64,000 nucleotides of DNA, taken from Squalus acanthias (Eukaryota). Numbering within the stretch: position 1 is the first letter of the stretch; each line of letters begins with the position of its first letter. Shown one piece after another: positions 35,782 through 50,059 of the stretch. The stretch lies in assembly GCA_030390025.1 (NCBI GenBank), contig CM059431.1:124622001-124686000 (forward strand), written 5' to 3'. The notes under the pieces were generated by a model. That model ran no database searches and had not been told where the DNA came from. It was given only the letters and a program-made list of their open reading frames with translations. The translations under genes were made by a program, and so were the position numbers.

Positions 35782-36338
35782 GTGTCCACCCCCTTTACAT
35801 TGTCGAAGAATTTCCCATGGATCCCATGAGGGGCAGTTGGTGCACTTGTGTTTACAGCAGATGTGGATGTGGAAATGCTTTGCAAATGAAGTGGGAGGGA
35901 TGTAGTGCCAGCAGCTGCCTCATTTTCCTGACACAGCACCAGGTGGAAGTATGGAAGTATGTCGCAAAGAAGTAGCCATTAGCTTTACAACTAACCCTGT
36001 TCAGATTGGAGGCAGAGACAGGGCTACAACATTTAGCAATGCACTCACTTTAATTGCAGCTTCCTGCTGGGATTGCAGATTTGTTGACTTCATCCATATA
36101 TAGTACACCGTTTCCCCTAGTGTGCAGTAAAACAAAACCTAGCATTATTGCAGGCTGAGTGATGTGGTACAACAGAGTTTCAATTCAAACGATGTGACTC
36201 AGTCACTGTAGCTTCCTGCTTGCTACTGTCCATCACAGCAGCAAAACAATTTAAAAGGAAAACAAGCTCACTGAATTAAAAACAGAAAATGCTGGAGATA
36301 CTCAGCAAGTCAGGCAGCATCTGTGAAGACAGAAACAG

Positions 36339-36375
36339 AGTTAACGTTTCAGGTCGATGACCTTTCGTCAGAACT
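36339..36375 (-). ncRNA. Minimal type I hammerhead ribozyme motif in a Penelope-like element end (about 36275-36495)
   Basis: Minus strand reads AGTT-CTGACGA-AGGTC(ATC)GACCT-GAAAC-GTT-AACT: conserved core, stem II, stem I and palindromic loopless stem III. Confidence 0.65.
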
Positions 36376-36549
36376 GGAAAAAAGAGGAAATGGAACAGAT
36401 TTTTAAGCAAGTGTAAGTGCTGGGAAAGGGGGAAGGGGATGAAAGAACAAAAGGGAAGGTCTGTGATAGGATAGAAGGCAGGAGAGGTTAAGTTCCAGTT
36501 TCTTTTTGTATTAGGCTCACTAAATTATTCCCTCAAGCTCCACCCATAC

Positions 36550-37137
36550 TGTAAGAATACATCATCGCTGTAAACTAACTTGATTAAACTCAAAGTTGAC
36601 CCAAATTTAATAGACCGGCATACCTTGAGAGACTGAGGGCCGTGTTACTGGGCAAATTCTGTAAAAATCACAGATAAGGAAGTGGGCCTTGAGAGTTCTG
36701 TAAAACAAACCTTCGATCCATTGTTAACAGGAACTTCTACAGACAATGGCATAACCGGCCTTCAGTCCCACTGACTAACAGATAAGGAGAGAAGAAAGAA
36801 AAACAACTACAGGCAATTGATAACGTGGTCTGGGACACATACGCATTGGGCGGTCTGCTAAGTTTTGGGGTATAAAAAGTGCAGTCGAAAGACACTAGGG
36901 GCTGCTGCAGTGAGTCGGGTGACTTGATTGGTCCCACAGAGAAGAGAACCTACTAGTCACCGCCAAACTGATCACTCGCTGGTGTTAGTACGTATGTATG
37001 CTTGTACTTGCTTGTAATTGCTGTTGATTTTATGTAAAGAATAGTTACCCTGAAATCTTTGTCTCGAGTTGTCTGTTCCAATACGGGTCCGAACTCTAAG
37101 TACTGTTAGACTGGAGTAAAGATTTACATGTCTTACA
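36550..37137 (+). mobile_element. Solo LTR of an unrelated family (588 bp)
   Basis: TGTAAGA...TCTTACA inverted ends; 4-bp TSD ATAC; TATAAAA at 36871. Confidence 0.88.
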
Positions 37138-39361
37138 ATACATAACATAAAGAACAGCAGAGTATGTTTAAAAGACTGAATAGTTCTCCGGATCAGATAA
37201 CCTTTGCTGTCATCATTTATGCATTTTCTGACTCCAGTGGCGAGTTACTGCCTTGCAACAATAATGATTATTTTAGCTCTGTCAGTTATTACCCTTCATG
37301 GACTGCAGTAGTGCTGATGCATCAATCCAAAAATATGACTGTTACATTTCTTCAGAGTACACCATGATGTAGAAGTGGTGTACAGTAAGCCCATCACATT
37401 AAATAAGGGGGTGTGAATCTCATAATAAAATGCCCAGAACACATCATCCAGATACATTTTATTCAGTAGTTTCTGGCACAGTTACATTTATATTTGTGTT
37501 TTAAATTTATTGCAAAGAAATGTGAAGTAAGAAAGAAAGCAAGCAAAATAAAGTGTTTACCAGACCTTAACAAGTAATCAGTTTTACTACTTTACAGTGT
37601 AAATGTTGTGCTGTATATTCTATGTAGTTCTATGTAAAATGGGGAGTGGCACAATGGTTTGTCTAAGTCCCATAACAACAAGTGAGGCAAATATGGCCTT
37701 GAAATATCAACAGAGATCCACACCAGCATGATGTAATTTTCTTATACAGAAGCGCCTTCATGTTCCACATTTTGAGGTGCAATTACTGTACTATCAAAAC
37801 TAAAAATAGAAATACTTAGTGCAATGAATGACTTTGCGTAAGTTCGGGGTGCATCACACATTGAAAGGGAACTGTCAACAGTTTCATCTGACTCCTTGTA
37901 CAAGAGTTGGGCACAGAAATACAGCATTTGCTGGGTCAATTGTTTTTTCTTCCAATATTTGCAAATATTTGGAAAGAAATTTGTGAAAGACTTGCCCAGA
38001 GGCAGTGAAGCAAATGTTTTTCATTGGTTCCTGGAAAATAATTCATTACTGTTTCTGCAATTATTTAAATAGGTACTGAAACTGCATAATTAAATGTGTT
38101 TATTTTAAAAAAAATATTCATTCATGGAATGTGGGTGTCGCTGGCAAGCCAGCATTTATTGCCCATCCCTAATTGCCCTTGCACAAGTGGTGGTGAGCCT
38201 CCTTCCTGAACCGCTGCAGTCCGTGTGGTGAAGGTTTTCCCATAGTGCTGTTAGGGAGGGAGTTCCAGGATTTTGACTCAGCGACGATGAAGGATCAGCG
38301 ATATATTTCCTTGTCAGGATGGTGTGTGACTTGGAGGGGAACTTGCAGGTGGTGGTGTTCCCATGTGTCTGCTGCCCTTGTCATTTTAGGTGGTGGAGGT
38401 CACGGGTATGGGAGGTGCTGTTGAAGAAGCCTTGGCGAGCTGCTGCAGTGCATCTTGTAGATGGTACACACTGCAGCCACGGTGCGCCGGTGGTGGTGGG
38501 AGTGTATATTTAGGGTGGTGGATGGGGTGCCAATCAAGCGGACTGCTTTGTCCTGGATGGTGTCGAGCTTCTTGAGTGTTGTTGGAGCTGTAGTCATCCA
38601 GGCAAGTGGAGAGTATTCCATCACACTCCTGACTTGTGTCTTGTAGATGGTGGAAAGGCTTTGGGGAGTCGAGAGGTGAGACACTCGCCACAGAATACAC
38701 AGCCTCTGACCTGCCCTGCAGCCATAGTATTTATATGGCTGGTCCAGTTAAGTTTCTGGTCAATGATAACCCCAGGATGCTGATGGTGGGGGATTCAATG
38801 ATGGTAATGCCATTGAATGTCAAGGTTAGACTCTCTCTTGTTGGAGATAGTCATTGCCTGGTACTTGTGTGGCATGAATGGAAATTGCAAGTTATCAGCC
38901 AAAGCCTGGATGTTGTCCAGGTCTTGCTGCATGTGGGCATGGACTGCTTCATTATCTGAGGAATTGTGAATGGAAATGAACACTCTGCAATCATCAGCGA
39001 ACTGTCGTACTTCTGACCTTTTGATGGAGGGAATGTCAATGATGAAGCAGCTAAAGATGGTTGGGCCTAGGACACTGCTCTAGGGAACTCCTGCAGCGAT
39101 GTCCTGGGGCTGAGATGATTGGTCTCCAACAAACGCGACCATCTTCCTTTGTGCTAGGTATGACTCCCCCTGATTCCCATTGACTTCAATTTTACTAGGG
39201 TTCCTTGATGCCACAGTCAGTCAAATGCTGCCTTGATGTCATCTCACCTCTGGATTTCAATTCTCTTGTCCATGTTTGGACCAAGACTGTAATGAGCCGA
39301 AAGGTCCTGATGGAACCCAAACTGAGCATTGGTGAGCAGATTATTGATGAGTAAGTGCCGC

Positions 39362-39625
39362 GGACCTGAGCGGGAATGGTGGGAGCAGTGGCATAAAGAG
39401 AGCTGAGCGGAGAAGGCACAGGACACAGCACGGACCTGAGCGGGAGCAGAGGCAGTGGGAGCGACTGCTTAAAGAGAGCTGAGCGGAGAAGGCACAGGAC
39501 ACAGTGTGGACCTGAGTGGGAGCAGAGGCAGTGGGAGCGACTGCTTAAAGAGAGCTGAGCGGAGAAGGCACAGGACACAGTGTGGACCTGAGTGGGAGCA
39601 GAGGCATTGGGAGCGACTGCTTAAA
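39362..39625 (+). repeat. About 3.5 tandem copies of a 70-76-bp unit at the CR1 5' end
   Basis: GGACCTGAG recurs at 39362, 39432, 39508 and 39584. Confidence 0.9.
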
Positions 39626-41511
39626 AAAACAAGGAGTGATGTCACAGGACAGCAGGAAGGTGATTGGATGGTGAGTAGTACAGCTCTTTTGCACTCTAGG
39701 TTAGATAAGTGGATTAAATTCAGAACTGGGAGAGTATTAACTACTATAACTTTATTGAATTAATAACTTAAACTATATTAACTAATTAAAACTAAAAATT
39801 ATCATTTGAATAAATACTGTAACTAATTATATAAATAAAATAAGGTTAGATAGAGATGGCAGTGCAGGTGGTGTGTCGTAACTACAGCATGTGGGAGTTG
39901 GTGGAGACCAATGAGATCCCGAGCAACCACATCTGCGGTAAGTGTCTGTAGCTCGAGGAAATTCGGCTCAGAGATGTTGAGCTGGAGTCCGCGTTACAGA
40001 CATTGTGATGCATCAGGGAAGGGGAGAGTTACCTGGACACTTTGTTCCAGGAGGCAGCCACACCCCTTAGGTTAAGCAGTACATTTGAAATAGTCAATGG
40101 TCAGGGACAGGAGGGTGTGACTGCGAGTCAGGAAGGTATGGGGACCCAGAATGTAGTGATGGAGGAGACTTAGCCCTTGACCTTGTCCAACAGGTACGAG
40201 GTACTTGATGCCTGTATGGATGAGAACAAGGACTGCAGGGAGGATGGGCAAGCTGATCATGGCACCATGGTACAGGAGGACATGGAAGTGGGGGGGAGTA
40301 AAAAGGAATGTGGTAGTGGTAGGCGACAGTATAGTCAGGGGGATAGATATTGTTCACTGCAGCCACGACCGGGAGTTCTGAAGTTGTGTTGCCTGCGCGG
40401 TGCCAGAGTTAAGGATATCTTCTCGTGGCTGGAGAAGAATTTTGAGTGGGAGGGGGAGGATCCAGTTGTCATGGTCCACGTAGGAACCAATGACATAGGT
40501 AGAACTAGGAATGAGGTTCTGCTGAGGGAGTTTGAGGAGCTAGGATCCAAATTAAAAAGCAGAACCTCAAAGGTAATAATCTCTGGATTTTTACCTGAGC
40601 CACGTGCAATTTGGCATAGGGACAAACAGATTAGAGGTTTAAATGTGTGGCTCAAAGAGTGGTGTGGGAGGAAGGGATTTCAGTTTATGGGGCACTGGCA
40701 CCATTGGGACAGGCTCCACTTAAACCGAGCTGGGACAAGTGTCCTGGCAAACCAAATAACTATGACAGTAGACAGGGCTTTAAACTAATGAAGGGGTGAG
40801 AGGGCGGGGGCGATGGGAGGATTCAGGAAAGAGTAAATTTTATAGGCCCCCAAATAGTAGCTGTAATGTAGGGCAGAGTATAAATCAGGAAATTAGAGGC
40901 ACGTGTAACAAGGGTAATACAATAATCATGGGGAACTTTAATCTACATATAGACTGGGGAAACCAAATTTGCAGTAATAGTGTGAAGGACGAATCATGGA
41001 ATGTATACAAGATAATTTTCTGGATCAGTATGTTGAGGAACCAACTGGAGAACAGGCTATTTTAGATCTAGTATTGTGCAATGAGAAAGGTTAATTAATA
41101 ACCTTGTAGTAAAGGGGCCTTTCGGGAAGACTGACCATAAAATGATAGAATTTATATTGAGTTTGAAAGTGATTTCGTTAAATCCGAAACTAGGGTCTTA
41201 AATCTAAACAAAGCAAACTATGTAGTTATGAGGTGCGAGTTAACCAAGGTAAATTGGGAAACTACATTAAAAGGCATGATGGTAGACAAGCAATGGCTAG
41301 CAGTTAAAGAATTAATACAGAATTTACAACAAATATGCATTCCTTTAAGGCACAAAAACCCCACAGGAAAAGTGGTCCAACCGAGGCTAACAAGAGAAGT
41401 TAAAGATAGTATTAGATCAAAGGAAGAGGCTTATAATGTTGCCAAAAAGATTAGTAAGCTTGAGGATTGGGAGGATTTTAGAATTCAGCAAAGAAATTAA
41501 ACAAATACTTT

Positions 41512-43313
41512 GGGCTGGATTTTCCCTGCGGTGGCGGGATGGCAGCGGGAGAGCTGGATAGCAGGTTCCGGTCCCACTCCCGTCTGCAGTCAACCTCGCA
41601 AAATGATTTTCCATAGATTGGCCCTGTTAAGCCCGCCCTGCAGGCTTCCTGGCCAATTACCAGGAAGTGGGTCTGATGACGTCATTTGATGATGCATCAT
41701 CAGCTGGTTTCCTTAAAGGGACCATGGCCATATTCATTTTGACAGTTGTGCTGTCAGTGTTCTGCAGCATTGAGGTGCTGCAAACACTGACAAGCACTGC
41801 ACAGAGGTGCACGTCTTCACCCAGGCTCTCCCATGACTCACTCCATATGCTTATGGAGGGAGTCACAGCACGCAGGGAGATTCTCTTCCCTTCCAATGGA
41901 CGGAAGAGACCTCCCCACGAGATCAACGCAGTCTGGTTGCACATTGCACAGCAGGACACAAGCAGGGATGTCGTCAGGAGGACCTGGCTGCAGTGGCGCA
42001 GGCCTTTCAATAATCTCAGTAGACCACGAAACAGTTACTGCAAAGCCACACTCAAGCTCACCCTGCTGTGCCACTCATCGCATCCCCATCACTTTGCCTT
42101 CCCTACCCAACTCCTGCACATCTTTACACCAACTTACCTTGCACCTCCACCCATCCCTCTCTATCTACATTATCACTTCCCCATCTCACTAGCCACCCCT
42201 CACACTCATCCTCATCCTACTGCAAGCATATCAACTAACAACACACAAGGGTAGGCACTTGAGCGGTTTAGCCAATGTTCATGTGAAGTTTCTGGTAATG
42301 TGTTGTTATACAGTGAAATCTGTATTGTCAACACCTCATCTTATTGGACAGATCTGTGTGCACCTTGAGAAGTGTCTTACTGAGTTCCACTGAATGTTGA
42401 GACATAACTCTTCCCCCCCACCCCGCACCCCCCCTCCCCCGCCGCTATAATGATGAGTGCAAATGGAATGGCTAGGACATTAAAGGGATGCTTTACGGTG
42501 CTGGTGTGGGATTGTGTCAACCTGGTGGATAATGTCGCAGCCAGGGTTTACAGTGTCAAGTGAAGTAAATCTGGCCATGGTGATGCCATCGCTGGCCTCC
42601 CGGGCAGCAATGTTGTCAGGGGCTGATGTCCTGTGCATCATCAGGTGATGGTGGAGAAGTTTGGTGATGTTGTTGGTGATGTTGGTGTGCCTGGTGATGT
42701 TGGTGTTGCGGCTGATCGTGGAAGGATTCAGATACCAAGGTGTGATTTTTCCAAGGGCACCGATGTTGCTGCATTAGATGGCAGCTGCAGGTGAGATGAC
42801 AGAAGCGATCTGTCAATGGTGAGAGAGGTTGTTCCAATGAGGTGGCACTGATTATACAGTTGGTTCTAAATACTTGCAAGCTAAAGAAATCTCCATAAGT
42901 CTTACAAATGCAGTCAGCAACAGTTTCTGCATTCTGAAATTGAACAGCTGCAACATGGCATCCTTTACACCACTTCTGTAGCTGTCAGCTTATCAGATAC
43001 ATCAAAGCAGACTCAACTCATGACAGGGTGAGCTATCATGTTCCCCGAGCAGTGGGTAACCCGTGGGGGAGCACATAAAATTGCAAGATGGCCTCAAAAT
43101 AGCATTAAATTGGCTCTTAAAAGCCATTTAATGATCTAAATTGTCTCCCCCGCCGCTAGGTGTCAGGTCACTTCTGCGCGGACAGACCCGACACCCGGGA
43201 GACTCGTGTGGAGGTGGGTTGACAGCAGGTTTCCCACCCGCTGTCAATCTTTGCTATTTTGACAGCGGACCCGCCTCCAAACCCGCCCTCTGAGCGCCTG
43301 CAAAATCCAGCCC
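41512..43313 (+). mobile_element. Non-autonomous Harbinger (1.8 kb) with Myb remnant, inside CR1 ORF2
   Basis: TIRs GGGCTGGATTTT / AAAATCCAGCCC; TSD TTT; ORF 41667-42254 is Myb-like. Confidence 0.88.
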
Positions 43314-45730
43314 TTTGTGTCTGTCTTCACGGAAGAAGACGCAAAAAACCTCCTGGAAATAGGGAGAACCAAGGTTCTAGCGAGAATGAGGAACTGAAAG
43401 AAATAAGTATTTGTTAAAAAATAGTACTGGAGAAATTAATGGGACTGAATAAATCCCCTGGACCTGAAGGCATACATCCTAGGTTTTTGAAAGAGGTGGC
43501 TATAGAGATAGTGGATGCATTGTTTGTCATCTTTCAAAATTCCATAGTTTCGAGAACGGTTCCCGTGGATTGGAAGGTAGCAAATGTAACCCCACTATTT
43601 AAGAAAGGAGGGAGAGAGAATACGGGAAACTACAGACCAGTTAGTCTGACATCAGTTGTAGGGAAAATGCTAGAATCTATTATTAAGGACGTGGTAACAG
43701 GGCACTTGGAAAATAATAATAGGATTGGGCAGAGTCAACATGGATTTATGAAAGGGAAGTCATGTTTGACAAATCTTTTAGAGTTTTTTGAGGTTGTAAC
43801 TAGCAGAATAGATAAGGGGAAACCAGTGGATGTGGTGTATTTGGATTTTCAGAAGGCATTCGATAAGGTGCCACACAAGAGGTTATTAAACAAAATTAGG
43901 GCTCATGGGATTGGGGGTAATTTACTAGCATGGATTGAGGATTGGTTAACGGACAGAAAACAGAGAGTAGGAATAAACGGTTCATTGTCGAGTTGGCAGG
44001 CTGTAACTAGTGAGATACCGCAAGGATCAGAGTTTGGGCCTCAGCTATTCACAATCTATATCAATGACTTGGATGAGGGGACCAAATGCAATTTATCCAA
44101 GTTTGCTGATGATACAAAGCTGGGTGGGAATGTAAGTTGTGAGGAGGATGCAAAGAGGCTTCAAGGGGATATAGACAGGCTAAGTGAGTGGGCAAGAACA
44201 TGACAAATGTAATATAACGTGGAGAAATGTGAAGTTATCCACTTTGGTAGGAAAAATAGAAAATCAGAGTATTTTTTAATTGGTGAGAGATTGGGAAATG
44301 TTGGTATTCAGAGGGACCTGGGTGTCCTTGTACACGAATTACTGAAAGTTAACATGCAGGTACAGCAAGTAATTAGGAAAGCAAATTGTATGTTGGCCTT
44401 TATTACAAGAGGATTTGAGTATAAGAGTAAAGACGTCTTACTGCAATTATATAGGGCGCTGGTGAGACCACACCTGGAGTATTGTGTACAGTTTTGTTCT
44501 CCTTACCTAAGGAAGGATATACTTGCCATAGAGGGAGTGCAACGAAGGTTCACCAGATTGGTTCCTGGGACAGGGGGATTGTCCTATGATGAGAGATTGA
44601 GTAGACTAGACCTATATTCTCTAGAGTTTAGAAGAATGAGAGGTGATCTCATTGAAACATACAAAATTCTTACAGCGCTTGACAGGGTAGATGCAGGGAG
44701 GATGTTTCCCCTGGCTGGTGAGTTTAGAACCAGGGGTCACACTCTCAGAATAAGGGGTCAGCCATTTAGGACTGAGATAAGGAGAAATTTCTTCACTCAG
44801 AGGCTGGTGAATCTTTGGAATTCTCTACCACAAAAGGGCTGTGAAGGCTCAGTCGTTGAGTATATTCAAGACAGAGATCGGTAGATTTTTGGATATTAAG
44901 GGAATCAAAGGATATGGGGATTCTGCAGGAAAGTGAAGTTGAGGTACAAGATCAGTCATGATCTTTTTGAATGGCGGAGCAGGCTCGATGGGTCGAATGG
45001 CCTACTCCTGCTCCTATTTCTTATGTTCTTATGTTGATAGCACTGTCCACTACACCTTCCATCACTTTGTTTATGATTGAAAGTAGGTTGATGGGGCGAT
45101 AATTGGCCGGATTAGATTCATCCTGCTTTTAGTGGTCTGGACCTAACTGAGCAATTTTCCACTTTGTCGGGTAGATGTCAGTGATGTAGCTGTACTGGAA
45201 CAGCTTAGCTAAAGGTGCGGATAGATCTGGAGCACATTCTTCACCACTGCAGCCAGGATGCCTTCGGGGCCCATAGCCTTTGCTGTATCCAGTGTGCTCA
45301 GTCATTTCTTGATATCACAGGGAGAGAATCGAATTGGCTGAAGACTGACATCTGTGATGGTGGGGACCTCAGGAGGAGGCCGAGATGGATCATCCATTCG
45401 GCACTTCTGGCTAAAGATGATTGCAAACGCTTCAGCTTTGTCTTTTGTCCTTATGTGAATAATCACTGATTTTAAATTTGCAGTATAAAGAGATAAATGC
45501 TGTAACCATTTAGAATGCATCAAACATATAGACATTTAACTCTCCCTCCTTCTTGTTTTCTCACTGTGTCTCTCTATGTCCTAGAAATTGGTTCTTACAA
45601 GCCAGTATGAACTGGGCGCAGGGAATGTTAAGGGCACCAGAACGGGTAGGTCAAGTCACACCCAATATTGGGCCTCATGCCTTTTTCAATTTCGGGCCTC
45701 GTTGTCATCGGCAGCGGCCCTCGGGTAGGT

Positions 45731-46470
45731 CAACAACAACAACAACAACTTGTATTTATATAGCGCCTTTAACGTAGTAAAACGCTGCACAGGAGTATTT
45801 TAAGACAACAAATTTTGACACCGATCCACATAAGGATAAATTAGGGCAGCTGACCAAAAGCTTGGTCAAAGAGGTAGGTTTTAAGGAGCGTCTTAAAGGA
45901 GGAAAGAGAGGTAGCGAGGCGGAGAGGTTTAAGCAGGGAATTCCAGAGCTTAGGGCCTAGGCAACAGAAGGCACGGCCAACAAAGGTTGAGCAATTATAA
46001 TCAGGGATCCTCATGAGGGCAGAATTAGAGCAGCGCAGATATCGCGGGGGCTGGTGGGGCTGAAGGAGATTAGAGAGATAGGGAGGGGCGAGGCCATGGA
46101 GGGATTTAAAACAAGGATGAGAATTTTGAAATCGAGGCGTTGCTTAACTGGGAGCCAATGTAGGTCAGCGAGCACAGGGGCGATGGGCAAACGGGACTTG
46201 GTACGAGTTAGGACACGGGTAGCCGAGTTTTTGATGACCTCAAGTTTACTTAGGGTGGAATGTGGGAGGCCAATCAGGAGTGCATTGGAATAGTCAAGTC
46301 TAGAGGTAACAAAGGCATGGATGAGGGTTTCAGCAGCAGATGAGCTGAGGCAAGGGCGGAGACAGACGATGTTACGGACGTGGAAATAATCGGTCTTTGT
46401 TATGCTGCGGATATGTGGTCGGAAGCTCATTTCAGGGTCAAATATGACACCAAGGTTGCGAACAGTGTCC
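45731..46470 (-). mobile_element. L2 LINE 3' end with (TTG)n tail
   Basis: ORF 46011-46604: VRNLGVIFD, IHAFVTSRLDYSNALL, LHWLPV; (CAA)n at 45731-45749. Confidence 0.88.
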
Positions 46471-47404
46471 TGGGAGAGGGGGGAACAGAGCTTGAAAGGT
46501 AGGGAAAGGGCCAATCGGGAGCCAGCAATGGTCTTCAGCACTGCAGAGGAAGCGGGAGAAGCACTTCTGCTCCTCAGTCTCCACATTTTGGATTTGGCAT
46601 CCAATGTTTACTTTAAGATCTGCTCGTTCGGCTACATGTAGACCACATTTTCCTGAACACAGCTGGCCCGGTGCCTGCTACATTTAGTCCAGCCCAATTT
46701 TACATAGGAGACCTTAGACAGGCCCAAGGTCTAATGCCTGCTTCAGGTGCGGGCCCTGGACACCCCTTTTTCTGCCTTAACGGATATGATGAATGCAATG
46801 GGTGCGAGCCCCCCACCTGCCGTATTGGATGCTAAGGTGCCTGTTCTGCACCTGAAAAACAGGCACAGCGCCATTGAATTTCTATACCGATGTCTTTCTT
46901 TATCTGCCTCCATGTCTCTTTCTGTTTTTCTATCTCTGTCTCTTTAGGGCTAATTGTAACTTCCAGCTGGAGCGGACAGAATTCCCTCCCAGGAGTTTGA
47001 GTCAGAGAACCAGCTGATTTTAACTGCTGGGCCTTCTTTGAATGCTGACAGTCAGTTGCTCGCCCGTGTTGGATGGAAAGAGTCAGGTGGCAGGTGGCAG
47101 GCTGTAAAAATCAGATGGCCTGGAGACCACCCACCAGCACCAAGGGAAGGCTGCCGGCAGAAAGGTAAGTCTGAAGGGAATGGTGTTCCCAGGGTCTTGA
47201 AGCTGGGAAGAGGGCGCCCGCTGCAGCAGATACCCGTACTTTTCTTGTAGGCCCCACAGGAGCACTCCCGCTCCTCCTATCCCCACTAAAGAAACTTTTT
47301 TCTCTTACTTTCAGTGACTCTCTGGCTTCCGGACTGCTTTAACTGGTGGGATTGACACTGCAGGCGCCCCTCTCAGGAACAGCTTAAAATACCACCATGG
47401 TCAT

Positions 47405-49360
47405 ATGATTCGGAGCAGGTGGACAGCAAAAGACGTAAGGGACAACATAAAACTACAACAAAAAGCATACAAATATGCAAAAAATAGCACAGATCCTGGA
47501 GACTGGGAAAGATACAAAGAACAACAAACGGTGACAAAACAGATAGTAAGAGCTACAAAAAGGGAGTGTGAAAAGAAACTTGCAAGGGATATCAAAATCA
47601 ACACAACATTTTTTTACAATTATATTAGGAAAAAAAAGGATGGTCGGGGCACTTGAAAACAGATAACGACGATATTGTAAGTTGCGGACGCATTGAATAA
47701 TTAATTTGTGTCAGTATTTACGTAAAGGAAACTAATATTGAATCAGGGACCGAGACTTACCAAAATTAACGTAAGCAAAATAACAGTAATGAAGAAAAAA
47801 ATGTCACTAAAGAGTGACAAATCCCCAGGACCAGATGGTTTCCATCCCAGGGTTTAAAGGAAGTAGGTGAGAACATTGCAGATGTCCTAACTATAATCTT
47901 CCAAAGTTCTCTCGATTCAGGAACCATTCCTTTAGATTGGAAAATTCCACATGCCGCTATTTAAGAAAGGTGAGAGAGAAAAACCAAGGAATTATAGACC
48001 AGTTAGCCTAACATCTGTTGTTGGGAAATTACTAGAGTCTATAATTAAGGATCGAGTGACTGGACACCTTGAAAATATTCAGCTGATCAGAGAGAGCCAG
48101 CATGGATTTGTAAAAAGTAGGTCATGCCTGATGAACCTGATTGAATTTTTTGAAGAGGTGACTAAAGTAGTGGACAGGGGAATGTCTATGGATGCTATTT
48201 ATAGGAACTTCCAGAAGGAATTTGATAAAGTCCATTATAAGAGAATGTTAGTTAAAGTTGAAGCTCATGGAATTGAAGGCAAATTATTGACCTGGTTAGG
48301 AAATTGGCTGAGTGACAGGAGACAGAGAGTAGAGATAATGGGCAGGTACTCTAATTAGCAGGATGTAACTGGTGGTGTCCCACAGGGATCTGTGTTGGGG
48401 CCTCAACTATTCACTGTATTTATTAATGACTTAGATGATGGAATAGAAAGCCACATATCCAAGTTTGCCAATGACATAAAGATAGGCGGCATTGTAAGCA
48501 GTGTAGATGGAAGCATAAAATTACAAAGAGGTATCAATAGATTAACTGAATGGGCAAAACTGTGACAATGGATTTCAATATGGCCAAGTGTAAGGTGGAC
48601 CAGTAAAAGACAGATCAGAGTGCTTTCTAAATGGTGAAAAACTAGAAACAGTGGAGGTCCAAAGAAACTATGGGGTCAATCTTCATACATCGTTATAATG
48701 TCATGGACAGGTACAGAAAATAATCAAAAAGGCTAATGGAATGCTGACCTTTATATCTAGAGGACTGGAATACAAGGGGGTAGGAGGTATGCTACAGCTA
48801 TACAAAACCCTGGTTTGATCATACCTGGAGTACTGTGTTCAGTTCTGGGCACCACACCTTAGGAAGGATATATTGGCCTTGGAGGGAGTGCAGCGTAGAT
48901 TTACCAGAATGATACCTGGACTCCAAGGGTTAAATTACAAACTAGGATTGTATTCCCTGGAATTTAAAAGGTAATGGGGTGATTTAATCAAAGTTTTCGA
49001 GATATTAAGGGGAACTGATAGGGTAGATAGAGAGAAACTATTTCCACTGATTAGGGAATCTAGGACTAGGGGACATAGCCTAAAATTTAGAGCCAGACCT
49101 TTCAGGAGTGAAGTTAGGAAACATTTCTACATGCAAAGGGTGGTAGAAGTTTGCAATTCTCTTCTGCAAATGGCATTGTGTGCTAGGTCAATTATTAATT
49201 TTAAATCTAAGATTGATAGATTCTTGTTAGCCAAAGGTATTTAGGGATATGGGGCAAAGGCGGGTATTTGGAGTTAGGTTGCAGATCAACCATGATCTCA
49301 TTGAATGGCGGAACAGGCTCGAGGGGCTAAATGGCCTACTCCTGTTCTTTTGTTCCTATA
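47405..49360 (+). mobile_element. Degraded 5'-truncated CR1 LINE
   Basis: ORF 47951-48358 ([22 protein letters not shown]); CR1 3' UTR at about 49240-49360. Confidence 0.88.
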
Positions 49361-50059
49361 TGTACGTAAAAGGACTCTGATTAGCATTTATTAATGAGAC
49401 TTCCATTAAAATGGGGAATTGTTAGGAAAGGAGCGGGAAATGGAGCTGCTCCATTTTAACTGCTTCATTCTCAACAATCAGGGAGGGTTAAAAATAACCC
49501 ATTTTGTCTCTGTCTCAGCCAGACTACCTCTGAAGTAAAAACTAAGCACTTCAAAACAGTTTTCCTTACAAAACTTACTATAAGAAAGTTCTACAGTTCA
49601 CTCTTCAGCTTGCTCTGGAATCATTTAGAAAAACAAATGTATAAGTACTTTTATAGCTTGAAGACAGGGAGCTGTTCAACAGATTAGCTGAGGAAAATGG
49701 TACCAATGCATGATGGGAGACTGACCACAGTGCATGTGTTCAGACTGCAATATCGTGGGAATTGTAGGTAAAGATTATATTTCTTCAGCTAACAGAAAGA
49801 TAACTCTAGAAAGAATATTGAATCAAAACCCATGGCTTTTCAGAGATGTTGAACCTCCAAGGAAAAAATATTATTGAAGATATAGAGACATAAAAAATAA
49901 CTTTTGTGAAATACTTACCGATGTATTATGTATTTTAGATGTCTTACACGAGAAACTATGGCCAGAATTTTCCTTACCTTGGCGAGTCCGGTGTGGCCGG
50001 TCCACTGTACAAAATGAACTTACATTAATGGGGCCTGTTAAGCCCACCCAGCGCGTTAT

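Larger units (their letters stand above)
39362..45033 (+). mobile_element. Full-span CR1 LINE with internal deletions and 5' tandem monomers
   Basis: ORF1 remnant from 39856 (SGNH: VHVGTNDI); RT ORFs 43439-44884; (TTCTTATG)n tail. Confidence 0.92.
38110..45452 (-). mobile_element. Degraded APE+RT LINE (family of 27745-30779); pieces 38110-39361 and 45034-45452, split by a CR1
   Basis: ORF 38400-38684 (YKTQVRSVMEYSPLAW); flanks rejoin as AGTAAGTGCCGC|TTGATAGCACT, as seen at about 58490-58513. Confidence 0.85.

Noticed and set aside
49789..49877. Peptide ITLERILNQNPWL resembling a kinase C-terminus
   Set aside because: Too short and no other kinase exons seen.
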